Shown here piece by piece: positions 1-9,024 of a DNA stretch of 64,000 nt. The first letter of the stretch is position 1. Each line of letters opens with the position of its first letter. Origin of the DNA: an uncultured Bacillota bacterium. Its GTDB lineage: Bacteria; Bacillota_I; Bacilli_A; RF39; UBA660. The stretch is from positions 1,963 through 65,962 of the forward strand of contig CAMUYN010000001.1 in assembly GCA_947165005.1 (NCBI GenBank). Reading direction: 5' to 3'. Under the pieces are notes generated by a model, which searched no databases, was not told where the DNA came from, and was given only the letters and a program-made list of their open reading frames with translations. Made by a program: the position numbers and the translations under genes.

Positions 1-834
1 AATGCTAATTCTTTATTCTTTAATTGACTTCTTTCATTTTGACAAGTAACTACTATTCCTGTTGGAATATGAGTAATTCTAACTGCAGAATCTGTTGTAT
101 TTACTCCTTGTCCTCCTGCTCCTGTACTTCTATATACATCTATTCTTAAGTCTTGTTCCTTAATTTCTATATTAATAGAGTCATCTATTTCTGGTGTTAC
201 TTCTACAGATGCAAAAGATGTATGTCTTCTTTTATTTGAATCAAACGGAGAAATTCTTACTAAACGGTGAACCCCTCTTTCTCCTTTTAAATATCCATAG
301 GCATTTAATCCCTTAACTAGTATAGTTACTTTTTTTAGTCCTGCTTCTTCACCAGGTAATTCATCAATTACTTCAAATTTATAATTATTTCTCTCTATAT
401 ATCTAGTGTACATTCTAAGAAGCATCATAACCCAATCACATGCCTCTGTTCCACCTGCTCCAGAGTGTAATTCAAGGAATGCATTATTAGAATCATACTC
501 TCCAGATAGTTTAGTTTCTAGTTCTATTTTACTAATATTCTTAGATAACTCTTCTAGTGTGTCATGAATGTCAGACTTATAAGATTCATCTATATTAATT
601 AATTCTTTAAAAGTGACTAATTCTTCCTTAATTTTCTCTATTTCATTAACCGATTTTTTTAAATCACCTAATCTTTTAATGATATTATTTGAGTCTTCTC
701 TACTCCAGAAGTTATCACTTAAAGTTTCTTTTTCTAATTCACTTATTTCTTTTTCTTTTGAATCAACGTCAAAGTAACCTCCAAATTGTATCTACTTTAA
801 CTAATAATTCATCTATAACTCTATTTTCTTCCAT
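1..834 (-). CDS. prfB: Peptide chain release factor 2, 3'-truncated by the window edge, with a programmed +1 frameshift
   Basis: From ATG 834..832 the minus strand reads [21 protein letters not shown], then an in-frame TGA at 771..769. The +1 frame continues DVDSKEKE...[11 protein letters not shown] (SPF motif)...[27 protein letters not shown] (GGQ) to position 1. It is missing from the ORF track because it is split by the frameshift and truncated. Confidence 0.9.
768..782 (-). promoter_or_regulatory. prfB autoregulatory +1 frameshift site (SD-like GGAGG, then CTT TGA C)
   Basis: The minus strand reads tGGAGG TTA CTT TGA C. The internal Shine-Dalgarno-like GGAGG lies 3 nt before the slippery CTT, followed by the TGA-C stop context, as in the classical RF2 recoding site. 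Confidence 0.85.
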
Positions 835-871
835 ATTATTCACCAATAAAAATTATATCATATTTTGTCAA

Positions 872-901
872 TAAAAAAAAGAGACGAAACATCTCTTTTT
901 A
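872..901 (-). terminator. Intrinsic terminator downstream of the DUF362 gene
   Basis: Imperfect hairpin AAAGAGA-N7-TCTCTTT flanked by an A-run and a T-run. Confidence 0.5.
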
Positions 902-1789
902 AAATTCTATTAACTCGTAATCCGTAGAACCTAATCCTAATTCTTCAGCATATTCTGTTATATGCCTTCCACATCTAGTATCTATTCTCTCTTCAATAGA
1001 TTTAGTTCCTTCTTCATGAGTTTTCCAGATAGCATCTAAAAATGCTTGATCATTTGCTACCGGATCTAGAGAGGCGAATATGCCTATGTCTTTTATAACA
1101 GGATCTCCTTGATGTGCATCACAATCACAATCTAAACTAATATCATTTGCTACTGTTATATATACTATTTGTCTATTAGTTGATTCTACATAATCACTTA
1201 CTGCCTTGGCAGCTTCTGCCATTGATTCAATAAAATCTACTTGTTCATACTTAAGAATCCAGCATAATTTTGGACTTGATGTTTTTCCACAAGAATGTAT
1301 GTAAGCTTTACCTTTTCTAGAGGCAAATCCAATGGATTGATTCTTTAAATTTGCACCAAAACCACCCATTGCATGTCCTTTTCCATGTGCCAAATTAATA
1401 AATGAATCATAGTGTTCAAATCCTTTGCCAATTCTATCAAATTTTAGGTGTTTTCCACCGTTTACCGGTATCTTAAAATCCCCTTTTTCATCAAGTATTT
1501 CAATACCTTTTCCCATTTTAGTAAAACCATGTTCTTCTGCTACTTTTAAATGATCCTTAACATTATTTCTTTCACCAGGATATGCAGTATTACATTCAAC
1601 AATAGTACCATTTAACTTGTCTACTAAAGGTTTTATTAATTCTGATTTTAAATACCCTTTAGAACCAGCTTCTCCTGTGGAAACTTTAATACCTATATTA
1701 CCTTTTAAAGTTACTCCTAGTTTTTCATAGATTTCTATTAGTTTTTCTGGAGTTATCTCCTTTGTAAAATATACTATACTTTTACCCAT
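899..1789 (-). CDS. DUF362 domain-containing protein
   Basis: 296 aa with the N-terminus MGKSIVYFTKEITPEKL and a CDCDAH cysteine cluster typical of DUF362 proteins as I recall them. RBS GGTGA precedes the ATG. Confidence 0.6.
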   Translation of the reverse strand: MGKSIVYFTKEITPEKLIEIYEKLGVTLKGNIGIKVSTGEAGSKGYLKSELIKPLVDKLNGTIVECNTAYPGERNNVKDHLKVAEEHGFTKMGKGIEILDEKGDFKIPVNGGKHLKFDRIGKGFEHYDSFINLAHGKGHAMGGFGANLKNQSIGFASRKGKAYIHSCGKTSSPKLCWILKYEQVDFIESMAEAAKAVSDYVESTNRQIVYITVANDISLDCDCDAHQGDPVIKDIGIFASLDPVANDQAFLDAIWKTHEEGTKSIEERIDTRCGRHITEYAEELGLGSTDYELIEF

Positions 1790-1852
1790 ATTATCACCTA
1801 ATTAAATTATAACATAAAAAAAGACTAGGTTATCTAGTCTTTTTTTATTAAA

Positions 1853-2842
1853 TTAATTATTCTGCTTAACATTCTTTTTATGCATGAATGAAACCAATTC
1901 TGAATCTGGTTTTGAAGATAGTTTACCAATTAATATATTCTTAAATTCATCCGCTAAACCTCTAGCACTTTTTTCAGCCACTAATGACAATGAACAGTCG
2001 TATTCATTAACAAAATTACAAAGATCTCCAACAGAAACATTTATATTCTTTTCTCTACATTCAAACATATAATCCCATATTACTTTAGTAATAAATTTAT
2101 TATAAGACCCGCCTTTATCTGGTAATACAGATATTCCATTTTCATCTTTTGGAATAAACGGATTTGGTTGGTCAAATGATTCTCTAATTTCAGGATTATT
2201 ATTTAAGAAACCTAAAAATTCATCATAATGCTCTCTTTTAGCAAATCTTAAAACAATAGCATCATTAGCCGGGAATTTTCTAAACTTAAACTCATTTATT
2301 TCTTCATCAGGATGATTTTTATAAAGTTCATCTATGAATTTCATCAACTTAATCATCACATCAATATATTTGTCTTGTTTTATAGATAAATATGCCTTGC
2401 AGTAAGATTCTTTAGAATGCTTAGTAGAAAAAATAAAATTTCTTTCTATAACCATGTTAGGAGATGGACTAAACCATTTAAATGATACATTTTCATTGGC
2501 AAATTTTTCTTTTAATTTTTCTTCATCGCCTTCAGCATTAATTCTTGAACTTGAATATCTGCCTTTAATTCTAGCGCATTTATCCACACCCTCATATTTA
2601 TATCCATTACCAACCATATCAAAAAACTCGTAAAATACATCTAGATCGTATTTTAAAGGCTTATATCTATTTCTATAATTATATATTTTACTCTTAGTTT
2701 CATCAGGAACAAAATCTTCCCTTTCTAGATGATCAAGCATTGTAATTAATGCATAAAATTTTTCTAAATCGTATGGATTCTCTTTATCCGAAAAATTATT
2801 TTTCATAAAAAAACTATAATATCTCTCTAATACTTCTTGCAT
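1853..2842 (-). CDS. Hypothetical protein (329 aa, no family recognised)
   Basis: Long ORF with a GGAGG RBS 4 nt upstream of the ATG. It has its own hairpin terminators on both sides (1822-1846 and 2869-2896). Confidence 0.6.
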   Translation of the reverse strand: MQEVLERYYSFFMKNNFSDKENPYDLEKFYALITMLDHLEREDFVPDETKSKIYNYRNRYKPLKYDLDVFYEFFDMVGNGYKYEGVDKCARIKGRYSSSRINAEGDEEKLKEKFANENVSFKWFSPSPNMVIERNFIFSTKHSKESYCKAYLSIKQDKYIDVMIKLMKFIDELYKNHPDEEINEFKFRKFPANDAIVLRFAKREHYDEFLGFLNNNPEIRESFDQPNPFIPKDENGISVLPDKGGSYNKFITKVIWDYMFECREKNINVSVGDLCNFVNEYDCSLSLVAEKSARGLADEFKNILIGKLSSKPDSELVSFMHKKNVKQNN

Positions 2843-2897
2843 ATTGCCTCCTAGTATAATTATATCATAAAAAAAGAGACATTTGTCTCATTTTTTA

Positions 2898-3266
2898 TTA
2901 AGCTAATTCTACAGTAGCTCCAAGTTCTTCTAATTGTTTTTTAATATCTTCTGCTTCTTCTTTAGAAATATTTTCTTTAACAGCACCGCCGTTATCAGCT
3001 ATATCTTTAGCTTCTTTTAATCCTAAACCAGTTATATCTCTGATTAATTTGATTACTGGGATTTTTTGTCCACCAGCTGAAGTTAAGTTAACTGTAACTG
3101 TAGATGGTTCATCTGATCCAGCACCAGCAGCAGGAGCTGCAGCTACTGCAACAGCAGTAGGATCAATACCATATTCTTCTTTCATAGCGTCTACTAATTC
3201 TTTAATTTCTAATAAACTCATTTCGTTTAAAGCAGCGATAAAATCTTTAGCGTTTAATTTAGCCAT
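2898..3266 (-). CDS. rplL: 50S ribosomal protein L7/L12
   Basis: It has an Ala/Pro hinge AVAVAAAPAAGAG and the C-terminal domain VIKLIRDITGLGLKEAKD...LEELGATVELA. Confidence 0.97.
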   Translation of the reverse strand: MAKLNAKDFIAALNEMSLLEIKELVDAMKEEYGIDPTAVAVAAAPAAGAGSDEPSTVTVNLTSAGGQKIPVIKLIRDITGLGLKEAKDIADNGGAVKENISKEEAEDIKKQLEELGATVELA

Positions 3267-3288
3267 ATTATTTTCTCCTCCTATTTTC

Positions 3289-3786
3289 TTATTTACTTTC
3301 TTCTTTTTGTTCGCTAAGTAAATTTAAAGCGATTGATAAATCTTTGACTGTACCGATAAGTCCAGTAGCAAGCATAGTAAGTAATCCTTCTCTTGATGGT
3401 AATGCAGCTAACTTCTTGATAGTATCAAGATCTGTAACTTCCCCATCAACGATTCCTCCTTTTATTTCAAGAGCACTATGTTCCTTAGCAAAATCACTAA
3501 GTGTCTTGATTGGAGCAACTGAATCATTTGAATATGCCATAGCACTAGGACCTTCTAGGCAATCATCAAGATTGTAGTTTAGACTATCTAATGCTCTCTT
3601 TGTTAAAGTATTCTTCCAAACTTTATATTTAGCTCCATTTGCTCTAAGAGCTCTTCTAAGTTCAGCAGTTTCTTCAACAGTAAGGCCACGATAATCAAAC
3701 AAGATAAATGAAGCCGATTCTTTAGCAACATTAGCAATTTCATCAATTACTGCTTGCTTTGCTTCAAGTATTTTTGCGTTTGCCAC
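3289..3786 (-). CDS. rplJ: 50S ribosomal protein L10
   Basis: The ORF-track frame extends to 3891, but GGAGGAAAGCAA-GTG at 3786 gives (M)ANAKILEAKQAVIDEI..., the usual L10 N-terminus. The gene lies upstream of rplL. Confidence 0.9.
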   Translation of the reverse strand: MANAKILEAKQAVIDEIANVAKESASFILFDYRGLTVEETAELRRALRANGAKYKVWKNTLTKRALDSLNYNLDDCLEGPSAMAYSNDSVAPIKTLSDFAKEHSALEIKGGIVDGEVTDLDTIKKLAALPSREGLLTMLATGLIGTVKDLSIALNLLSEQKEESK

Positions 3787-3954
3787 TTGCTTTCCTCCTT
3801 GCTTTTTTATATTAAAAAAGTCTTTGCGAAACGGCAAAGACTTATATTTTATAAGTATAAGATTTTGCCCTCGGTAAGAAATTAAGTTCATAGAACACTT
3901 ACTGTCTTCGGTTCAAACTTTTTTAATAACGTAATTTATTATAATAGACAAATA
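3787..3954 (-). promoter_or_regulatory. Candidate ribosomal protein L10 leader with an attenuator hairpin
   Basis: This is a 168-nt untranslated gap between rplA and rplJ. The minus strand contains AAGTCTTTGC-CGTTTC-GCAAAGACTT followed by TTTTAAT (hairpin 3818-3843), consistent with the terminator-type L10 leader of Firmicutes. Confidence 0.55.
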
Positions 3955-4653
3955 TTAGTTTGTCAATGTATTTATGTCAATTTTTATTCCAGGTCCCATA
4001 GTTGATGATACTGAAACATTTTTAATAAATTGACCTTTAACTGTAGTTGGTTTAGATTTAATTATAACATTCATGAATGCCATTAAGTTTTCAACTAATT
4101 TAGCTTCATCAAATGAAACTTTACCAATGATAGCATGTACATTACCATAACTATCAGTTCTAAATTCAATTCTACCTTTTTTAACATCTTCAATTGCCTT
4201 AGCAACATCAGTTGTTACAGTACCAGTTTTAGGATTAGGCATTAAACCTCTTGGTCCTAATAACTTACCGATTTTACCTAGTAAAGGCATCATTTCTGGA
4301 GTAGCTATAATAACATCGAAATCTAACCAGTTTTCTTTAGCTATCTTATCGATTAATTCTTCTCCTCCAACAAATTCAGCACCTGCAGTACTTGCAGCTT
4401 TACTTTGTGCATCGTTCTTAGTTAATACTAATACTCTCTTAGCTTTACCAGTTCCATTTGGAAGAACTAAAGCTCCTCTAACTTGTTGATCAGTTTTTTT
4501 AGTATCTACGTTTAATCTTACTGCTATTTCTACTGAGCCATCAAATTTAGAAGTACTAGTCTTTTTAACTAATTCTACAGCTTCTTCTTTAGTATAAGCT
4601 TTATGCTTTTCTACTAATTCCATAGCTTTTATATATTTTTTACCTTTCTTCAT
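3955..4653 (-). CDS. rplA: 50S ribosomal protein L1
   Basis: 232 aa containing ...GTGKAKRVLVLT...IATPEMMPLLGKIGKLLGPRGLMPNPKTGTVT, with RBS AGGAGGT. Confidence 0.97.
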   Translation of the reverse strand: MKKGKKYIKAMELVEKHKAYTKEEAVELVKKTSTSKFDGSVEIAVRLNVDTKKTDQQVRGALVLPNGTGKAKRVLVLTKNDAQSKAASTAGAEFVGGEELIDKIAKENWLDFDVIIATPEMMPLLGKIGKLLGPRGLMPNPKTGTVTTDVAKAIEDVKKGRIEFRTDSYGNVHAIIGKVSFDEAKLVENLMAFMNVIIKSKPTTVKGQFIKNVSVSSTMGPGIKIDINTLTN

Positions 4654-4665
4654 ATTTACCTCCTT

Positions 4666-4694
4666 GTGGTATTAACGATTTTATCTCCCACTTA
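4666..4694 (-). promoter_or_regulatory. Candidate L1-binding mRNA motif upstream of rplA
   Basis: The minus strand reads AAGTGGGAGATAAAATCGTTAATACCAC. It shares AAGTGGGAG...TACCAC with the site upstream of rplK. Confidence 0.35.
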
Positions 4695-4698
4695 TTAA

Positions 4699-5124
4699 TT
4701 AATCTTTAATTTCGATACCCATGTTTTTAGCAGTACCTTCAATTTGTTTCATAGCAGCTTCAACATCATATGCATTTAAATCTGGCATTTTAGTTTCAGC
4801 TATTTGACGTAATTGATCTCTAGTTATAGATCCAGCGATTGTCTTAGATCCAGTAGCTGATGCTTTTTTAACATTAGCAGCTTTCTTAATTAAGAATGCA
4901 GCTGGTGAAGTCTTAACTTTGAAATCAAATGATCTATCATCATAGATGTATACTTCTACAGGAACGATATCACCCATTTTATCCTTTGTAGCATCATTAA
5001 ATCTTGTACAAAAGTCTGGTAGAGCTATACCAAATGGTCCTAAAGCAGTTCCAACTGGTGGAGCAGCTGTAGCTTTTCCTGCAGGTATTTGAAGTTTTAC
5101 CTTATTTAATAATTCCTTTGCCAC
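4699..5124 (-). CDS. rplK: 50S ribosomal protein L11
   Basis: AGGAGGTG-TTTTTC-GTG at 5124 gives (M)AKELLNKVKLQIPAGKATAAPPVGTALGP. The ORF-track start at 5133 lies inside the RBS. Confidence 0.95.
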   Translation of the reverse strand: MAKELLNKVKLQIPAGKATAAPPVGTALGPFGIALPDFCTRFNDATKDKMGDIVPVEVYIYDDRSFDFKVKTSPAAFLIKKAANVKKASATGSKTIAGSITRDQLRQIAETKMPDLNAYDVEAAMKQIEGTAKNMGIEIKD

Positions 5125-5151
5125 GAAAAACACCTCCTATTAAATTTTTTT

Positions 5152-5190
5152 CGCGAGTGGTACAAATGACTATATGCCTCCCACTTCATC
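5152..5190 (-). promoter_or_regulatory. Candidate L1-binding leader motif upstream of rplK
   Basis: The minus strand reads GATGAAGTGGGAGGCATATAGTCATTTGTACCACTCGCG, a GTGG/CCAC helix enclosing a GGGAG-type motif. Confidence 0.4.
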
Positions 5191-5250
5191 TATATATAAA
5201 ATACATAGTTGCCAATATAATATACCATTATTTTAATGGTTTTGCAATAA

Positions 5251-5790
5251 CTATTTATCAAGTTCTATTTGAGTAAGTTCTGCTTCTACAGTAGTTTCTT
5301 GTCCAAATAAATCAATTGATAATTTAGCCATGTTATTTTCTTTATCTATTTCAAGTACTTTACCAGTCATTAACTTGAATGGTCCATCAGTAAGTTTAAT
5401 CTTATCCCCAACTTGTAAATCAACCACAACTGATTTATCAGTAACTCCAATAGTTTTTAGAATATTATCTACTTCATGCTTATATAATGGGAATGGTTTA
5501 GCTCCCTTACCAGATGATCCAAGGAAACCTGTTACACCTGGAGTATTTCTAACCACATACCATGCTTCATCAGTCATAATCATTTCAACAAGTACGTAAC
5601 CTGGAAATAATTTCTTAACTTTTTCCTTTTTAACTCCATCTTTTATTTCGATTTCAGTCTTTTCAGGAACAATTACTCTAAATATATAATCTTGCATGTT
5701 CATAGATTGAATACGCATATCTAATTTTTCTTTTACTTTATTCTCATGTCCAGAATAAGTATTAACTACATACCATTGTTTTTCTTCCAT
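5251..5790 (-). CDS. nusG: Transcription termination/antitermination factor NusG
   Basis: It reads MEEKQWYVVNTYSGHENKVKE...FPGYVLVEM... with a KOW region. The likely start is ATG 5790, 2 nt after the secE stop. Confidence 0.95.
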   Translation of the reverse strand: MEEKQWYVVNTYSGHENKVKEKLDMRIQSMNMQDYIFRVIVPEKTEIEIKDGVKKEKVKKLFPGYVLVEMIMTDEAWYVVRNTPGVTGFLGSSGKGAKPFPLYKHEVDNILKTIGVTDKSVVVDLQVGDKIKLTDGPFKLMTGKVLEIDKENNMAKLSIDLFGQETTVEAELTQIELDK

Positions 5791-5792
5791 AA

Positions 5793-6005
5793 TTAAAACC
5801 ACCCTTTTATAGTTTCTACTATTGATTTAAAATCAATCATCTTAACTAAAACAATAATATATTGGATTAACATAAAGAATAATGCAAAGAATAATATAGT
5901 AGCTATTGTAACTATTACATTCTTCCAAAGTTCTTTACCTTTACACCATCTTATTCTTTTAATTTCTGATTTCATATCAGAGAAAAAATCTTTAACTTTT
6001 TCCAT
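5793..6005 (-). CDS. secE: Preprotein translocase subunit SecE
   Basis: It reads MEKVKDFFSDMKSEIKRIRW followed by a single TM helix. AAAGGTGAAAAT-ATG at 6005 is the probable start, and the gene sits directly upstream of nusG. Confidence 0.85.
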   Translation of the reverse strand: MEKVKDFFSDMKSEIKRIRWCKGKELWKNVIVTIATILFFALFFMLIQYIIVLVKMIDFKSIVETIKGWF

Positions 6006-6110
6006 ATTTTCACCTTTTATTTCAAAATAAAAAACACTTTCCTCGTGCTTCTGCATATAATTTAACATAAATTATATGTTTAGTCAATAGAAATAAGTGT
6101 TTTTTATATA

Positions 6111-7715
6111 CTAATTTATCATATCAATAAATTCATCTAATGAAGTAGAATCATATATATGATATCTAGGTATTTTATATTTATCATCATCTCTAGTAGC
6201 TTTATAATCCCCACCAGTAAATGCCACTTTATATCCCATTTCTTTTAATACACTTATAACTTTGTCATTATAAACATACATAGGATAACAAAAAGCATTA
6301 TCTGTACCTATTTCATTTTTAGAAATAGTTAGATCTTCTTTTATTTCTTCTCTTGATGAACAAAGTAATTTAGAACCTCTTGCTTCACTATCACATGCAC
6401 CACCAGAATGCATGTTATAAGTATGTGATTCTACATCTAAATTTGGTGATATATAATTACTATATTTATGCCATCCAGCTATTAAGAATAGTGTTGCATG
6501 CAGATCATATTTTTCTAGTAATGGTATTAATTTATTACCATTATCAAGTCCTGTACCCATAGCACCATCATCAATAGTAAGAAGTACACTTCTATTAGGA
6601 AGTTCTATTTCTCCATACATCCATTTAATAAATTCACTCATAGTTAATGTTTTAAATCCATTTACTTTTAAATAGTATAATTCTTTTTCAAAGTCTTTAG
6701 TATCCATACAATTTCCTTCACCGCAATATTCTCCTAGTGAAGAATCATAGAAGAAATGATAGTTTAATACCGCTATAGACGTAGCATTACCTTCTTTATT
6801 TCTTAAATTATGGGCATAATTAGTAGTCAAATCTATATAACTAATTACTTCTCCATCTATTATCTTCTTTATTGTTTCATTAGTAGTTTCACTAGTTATC
6901 TTATACATAGATATACTATTTTTTGTACCTTTTTTAGTACTTGCATTATCATTTTTATAAACATAATCTCCAAAATCTTTTTCTACATATATATCATATT
7001 TTTTAGCTATTTTTATTACTTCTTCGTTTTTAGATAATATTAATAATCCATTATTATTTATATTAATTTTATCATTAAACCATAATGTAAAATCTTCTAA
7101 AGTAATACCAAAATTACCATTTTCTTTTAAATATTTAAATTGAGCTTCTATATTATCATTATTATCTTCATAGTATAAAATACTCATATAATCTTTTTTA
7201 GTCATTTTTAGATTTTTTTCAGATTTAATATCATCTTTTTTTATACCATATAAATTATTTAAAAATCTAATATAGTAATAGTTATCATCTAAATATAAAA
7301 CATCATGTGTTTTACCTTTATTAATCTTTATAGATTTCTTATTATCAATATAATAAATTGTGTTATCTTTTAATGTAATAACTTTACCCATCATCACATA
7401 ATAATCTTTTATTTTAGTATCTTTTTTCTTAGTTTTTTTAACATCATTATAATAAATATAATAATCAGAATCTTTTATTTTATAATATTTGCCATTATTA
7501 TATTTATCTAATTCAAAATATGTATTTTTATATATTTTACCTATTTCTTTCTTTTTAGAGTCATATAAATTAGTATCTTTATTAACTATTATGTATTTAT
7601 TATAATTCTTTTTAATTTTATGCTCATTAAAAAGAATTAGTATACATAAAGTTAAACCTACTAATAGTACTAATACTAATAAAACTCTAAATATATTAAT
7701 TCTTTTCTTTTTCAT
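6111..7715 (-). CDS. Membrane-anchored polysaccharide deacetylase family protein (NodB domain)
   Basis: It has an N-terminal TM helix (INIFRVLLVLVLLVGLTLCILILF) and a K/Y/N-rich middle region. The C-terminal region LLTIDDGAMGTG...HTYNMH resembles NodB motifs. RBS AGGTGG precedes ATG 7715. Confidence 0.7.
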   Translation of the reverse strand: MKKKRINIFRVLLVLVLLVGLTLCILILFNEHKIKKNYNKYIIVNKDTNLYDSKKKEIGKIYKNTYFELDKYNNGKYYKIKDSDYYIYYNDVKKTKKKDTKIKDYYVMMGKVITLKDNTIYYIDNKKSIKINKGKTHDVLYLDDNYYYIRFLNNLYGIKKDDIKSEKNLKMTKKDYMSILYYEDNNDNIEAQFKYLKENGNFGITLEDFTLWFNDKININNNGLLILSKNEEVIKIAKKYDIYVEKDFGDYVYKNDNASTKKGTKNSISMYKITSETTNETIKKIIDGEVISYIDLTTNYAHNLRNKEGNATSIAVLNYHFFYDSSLGEYCGEGNCMDTKDFEKELYYLKVNGFKTLTMSEFIKWMYGEIELPNRSVLLTIDDGAMGTGLDNGNKLIPLLEKYDLHATLFLIAGWHKYSNYISPNLDVESHTYNMHSGGACDSEARGSKLLCSSREEIKEDLTISKNEIGTDNAFCYPMYVYNDKVISVLKEMGYKVAFTGGDYKATRDDDKYKIPRYHIYDSTSLDEFIDMIN

Positions 7716-7724
7716 ATATACCAC

Positions 7725-8339
7725 CTATTTATTCTCATCTAACATTTTACTTATTTTATTCTTTATTTTTTCTATATATTTACCTACAGATTTTTCTGTT
7801 ATATTTAATAAACTAGCTATTTCTTTATAAGAAAAACCTTTAGTCCTTAATTCAAAAATTTCTATTTCTTTTTCTTTTAAAATAGAAACTATATCATTAT
7901 GAAGATCCTCTTCTTCTTCTGATTCAATAAATGTAGTTTCAGGATTAACATTTTTATCATCTAATAAATTTATTAATGGTTTTCCATAAGAATTAGTTGT
8001 AGTATCAAAAGATAATGAATCATTTAATATTTTATGTCTTCCTGCGCTAATATTTCTCATAAATGAAAACATTTGTCTTTCTATACATACATTAGCAAAT
8101 GTAGTAAATTGAACATCTTTTTGTTCACTATAATCTTTTATTGCCTTAGATAAACCTATCATACCTTCTTGTACTAAATCATTATAGTCATAACCTTTAG
8201 ATTCAACATATTTAGTAAATTTTCTTGCTTTCATTTCTATTATAGGTCTATATTTAGTATAAAATAATTCTTTAGCATCTTCGTTGTTCTCAGATATTAA
8301 ATATAATAATTCATAATCATTATCTTTATATTTTTTCAT
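7725..8339 (-). CDS. sigH: RNA polymerase sigma factor, SigH-like
   Basis: DLVQEGMIGLSKAIKDY..F.TFANVCIERQ and RHKILNDSLSFD resemble B. subtilis SigH as I recall it. Its position after mrnC-rlmB matches Bacillus synteny. Confidence 0.75.
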   Translation of the reverse strand: MKKYKDNDYELLYLISENNEDAKELFYTKYRPIIEMKARKFTKYVESKGYDYNDLVQEGMIGLSKAIKDYSEQKDVQFTTFANVCIERQMFSFMRNISAGRHKILNDSLSFDTTTNSYGKPLINLLDDKNVNPETTFIESEEEEDLHNDIVSILKEKEIEIFELRTKGFSYKEIASLLNITEKSVGKYIEKIKNKISKMLDENK

Positions 8340-9024
8340 TTTTTTGTCTCACCACTTCATATATAGTAATACCCGCTGCAACAGAAGCATTTAAACTATT
8401 TATCTTACCAGTCATAGGAATACTTATTATATAATCACATTTTTCTGATACTAATTTAGATATTCCATTACCTTCTGCTCCAATTACTAAACATGTTTTA
8501 GGATCATATGATATATCAGTATAATTACTACCATCCATATCTGTTCCATAGAACCAGAATCCATATTTTTTTAACTTTTCTATTGTTTGAGGTAAGCTAC
8601 TTACTTCAACTATTTTTATATTATTTAAAGCACCTGCAGATACTTTCATAACAGTTGATGTTATTTCTACGCTTCTTTTTTTAGGAATAATAATTGCATC
8701 TACCCCAGCAGCTTCACATGTTCTTATAATTGCTCCAAAATTATGTGGATCTTCTAGATGATCAAGCATTACTAAGAAATTAGTATTTAATACTTCATCT
8801 ATATTACTATATTTATAATCTTCTATTTCTAAAGCAATTCCCTGATTATTCCCTTTAAACTTTTGATCTAATATTCTTTTATCCATTCTACTAATTTTAA
8901 TATTGTTATCCTCAAAATATTTAATTAGTTTATCATCATCAAAATTATTTGATAAATATACTTTTTTTATTTCTTTTTTGCTATCTATTACTTCTTTAGC
9001 AACATTTTTACCAAATACTATCAT
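8326..9024 (-). CDS. rlmB: 23S rRNA (guanosine-2'-O)-methyltransferase RlmB (SpoU/TrmH family)
   Basis: It contains LDHLEDPHNFGAIIRTCEAAGVD and ...IPMTGKINSLNASVAAGITIYE. It overlaps mrnC and sigH by a few nt, suggesting translational coupling. Confidence 0.85.
   Translation of the reverse strand: MIVFGKNVAKEVIDSKKEIKKVYLSNNFDDDKLIKYFEDNNIKISRMDKRILDQKFKGNNQGIALEIEDYKYSNIDEVLNTNFLVMLDHLEDPHNFGAIIRTCEAAGVDAIIIPKKRSVEITSTVMKVSAGALNNIKIVEVSSLPQTIEKLKKYGFWFYGTDMDGSNYTDISYDPKTCLVIGAEGNGISKLVSEKCDYIISIPMTGKINSLNASVAAGITIYEVVRQKNEKI

Noticed and set aside
689-874. Track ORF of 61 aa on the plus strand
   Set aside because: It lies antisense to the 5' end of prfB, has low-complexity L/F/I-rich content and has no RBS. 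The real gene here is the frameshifted prfB on the minus strand.
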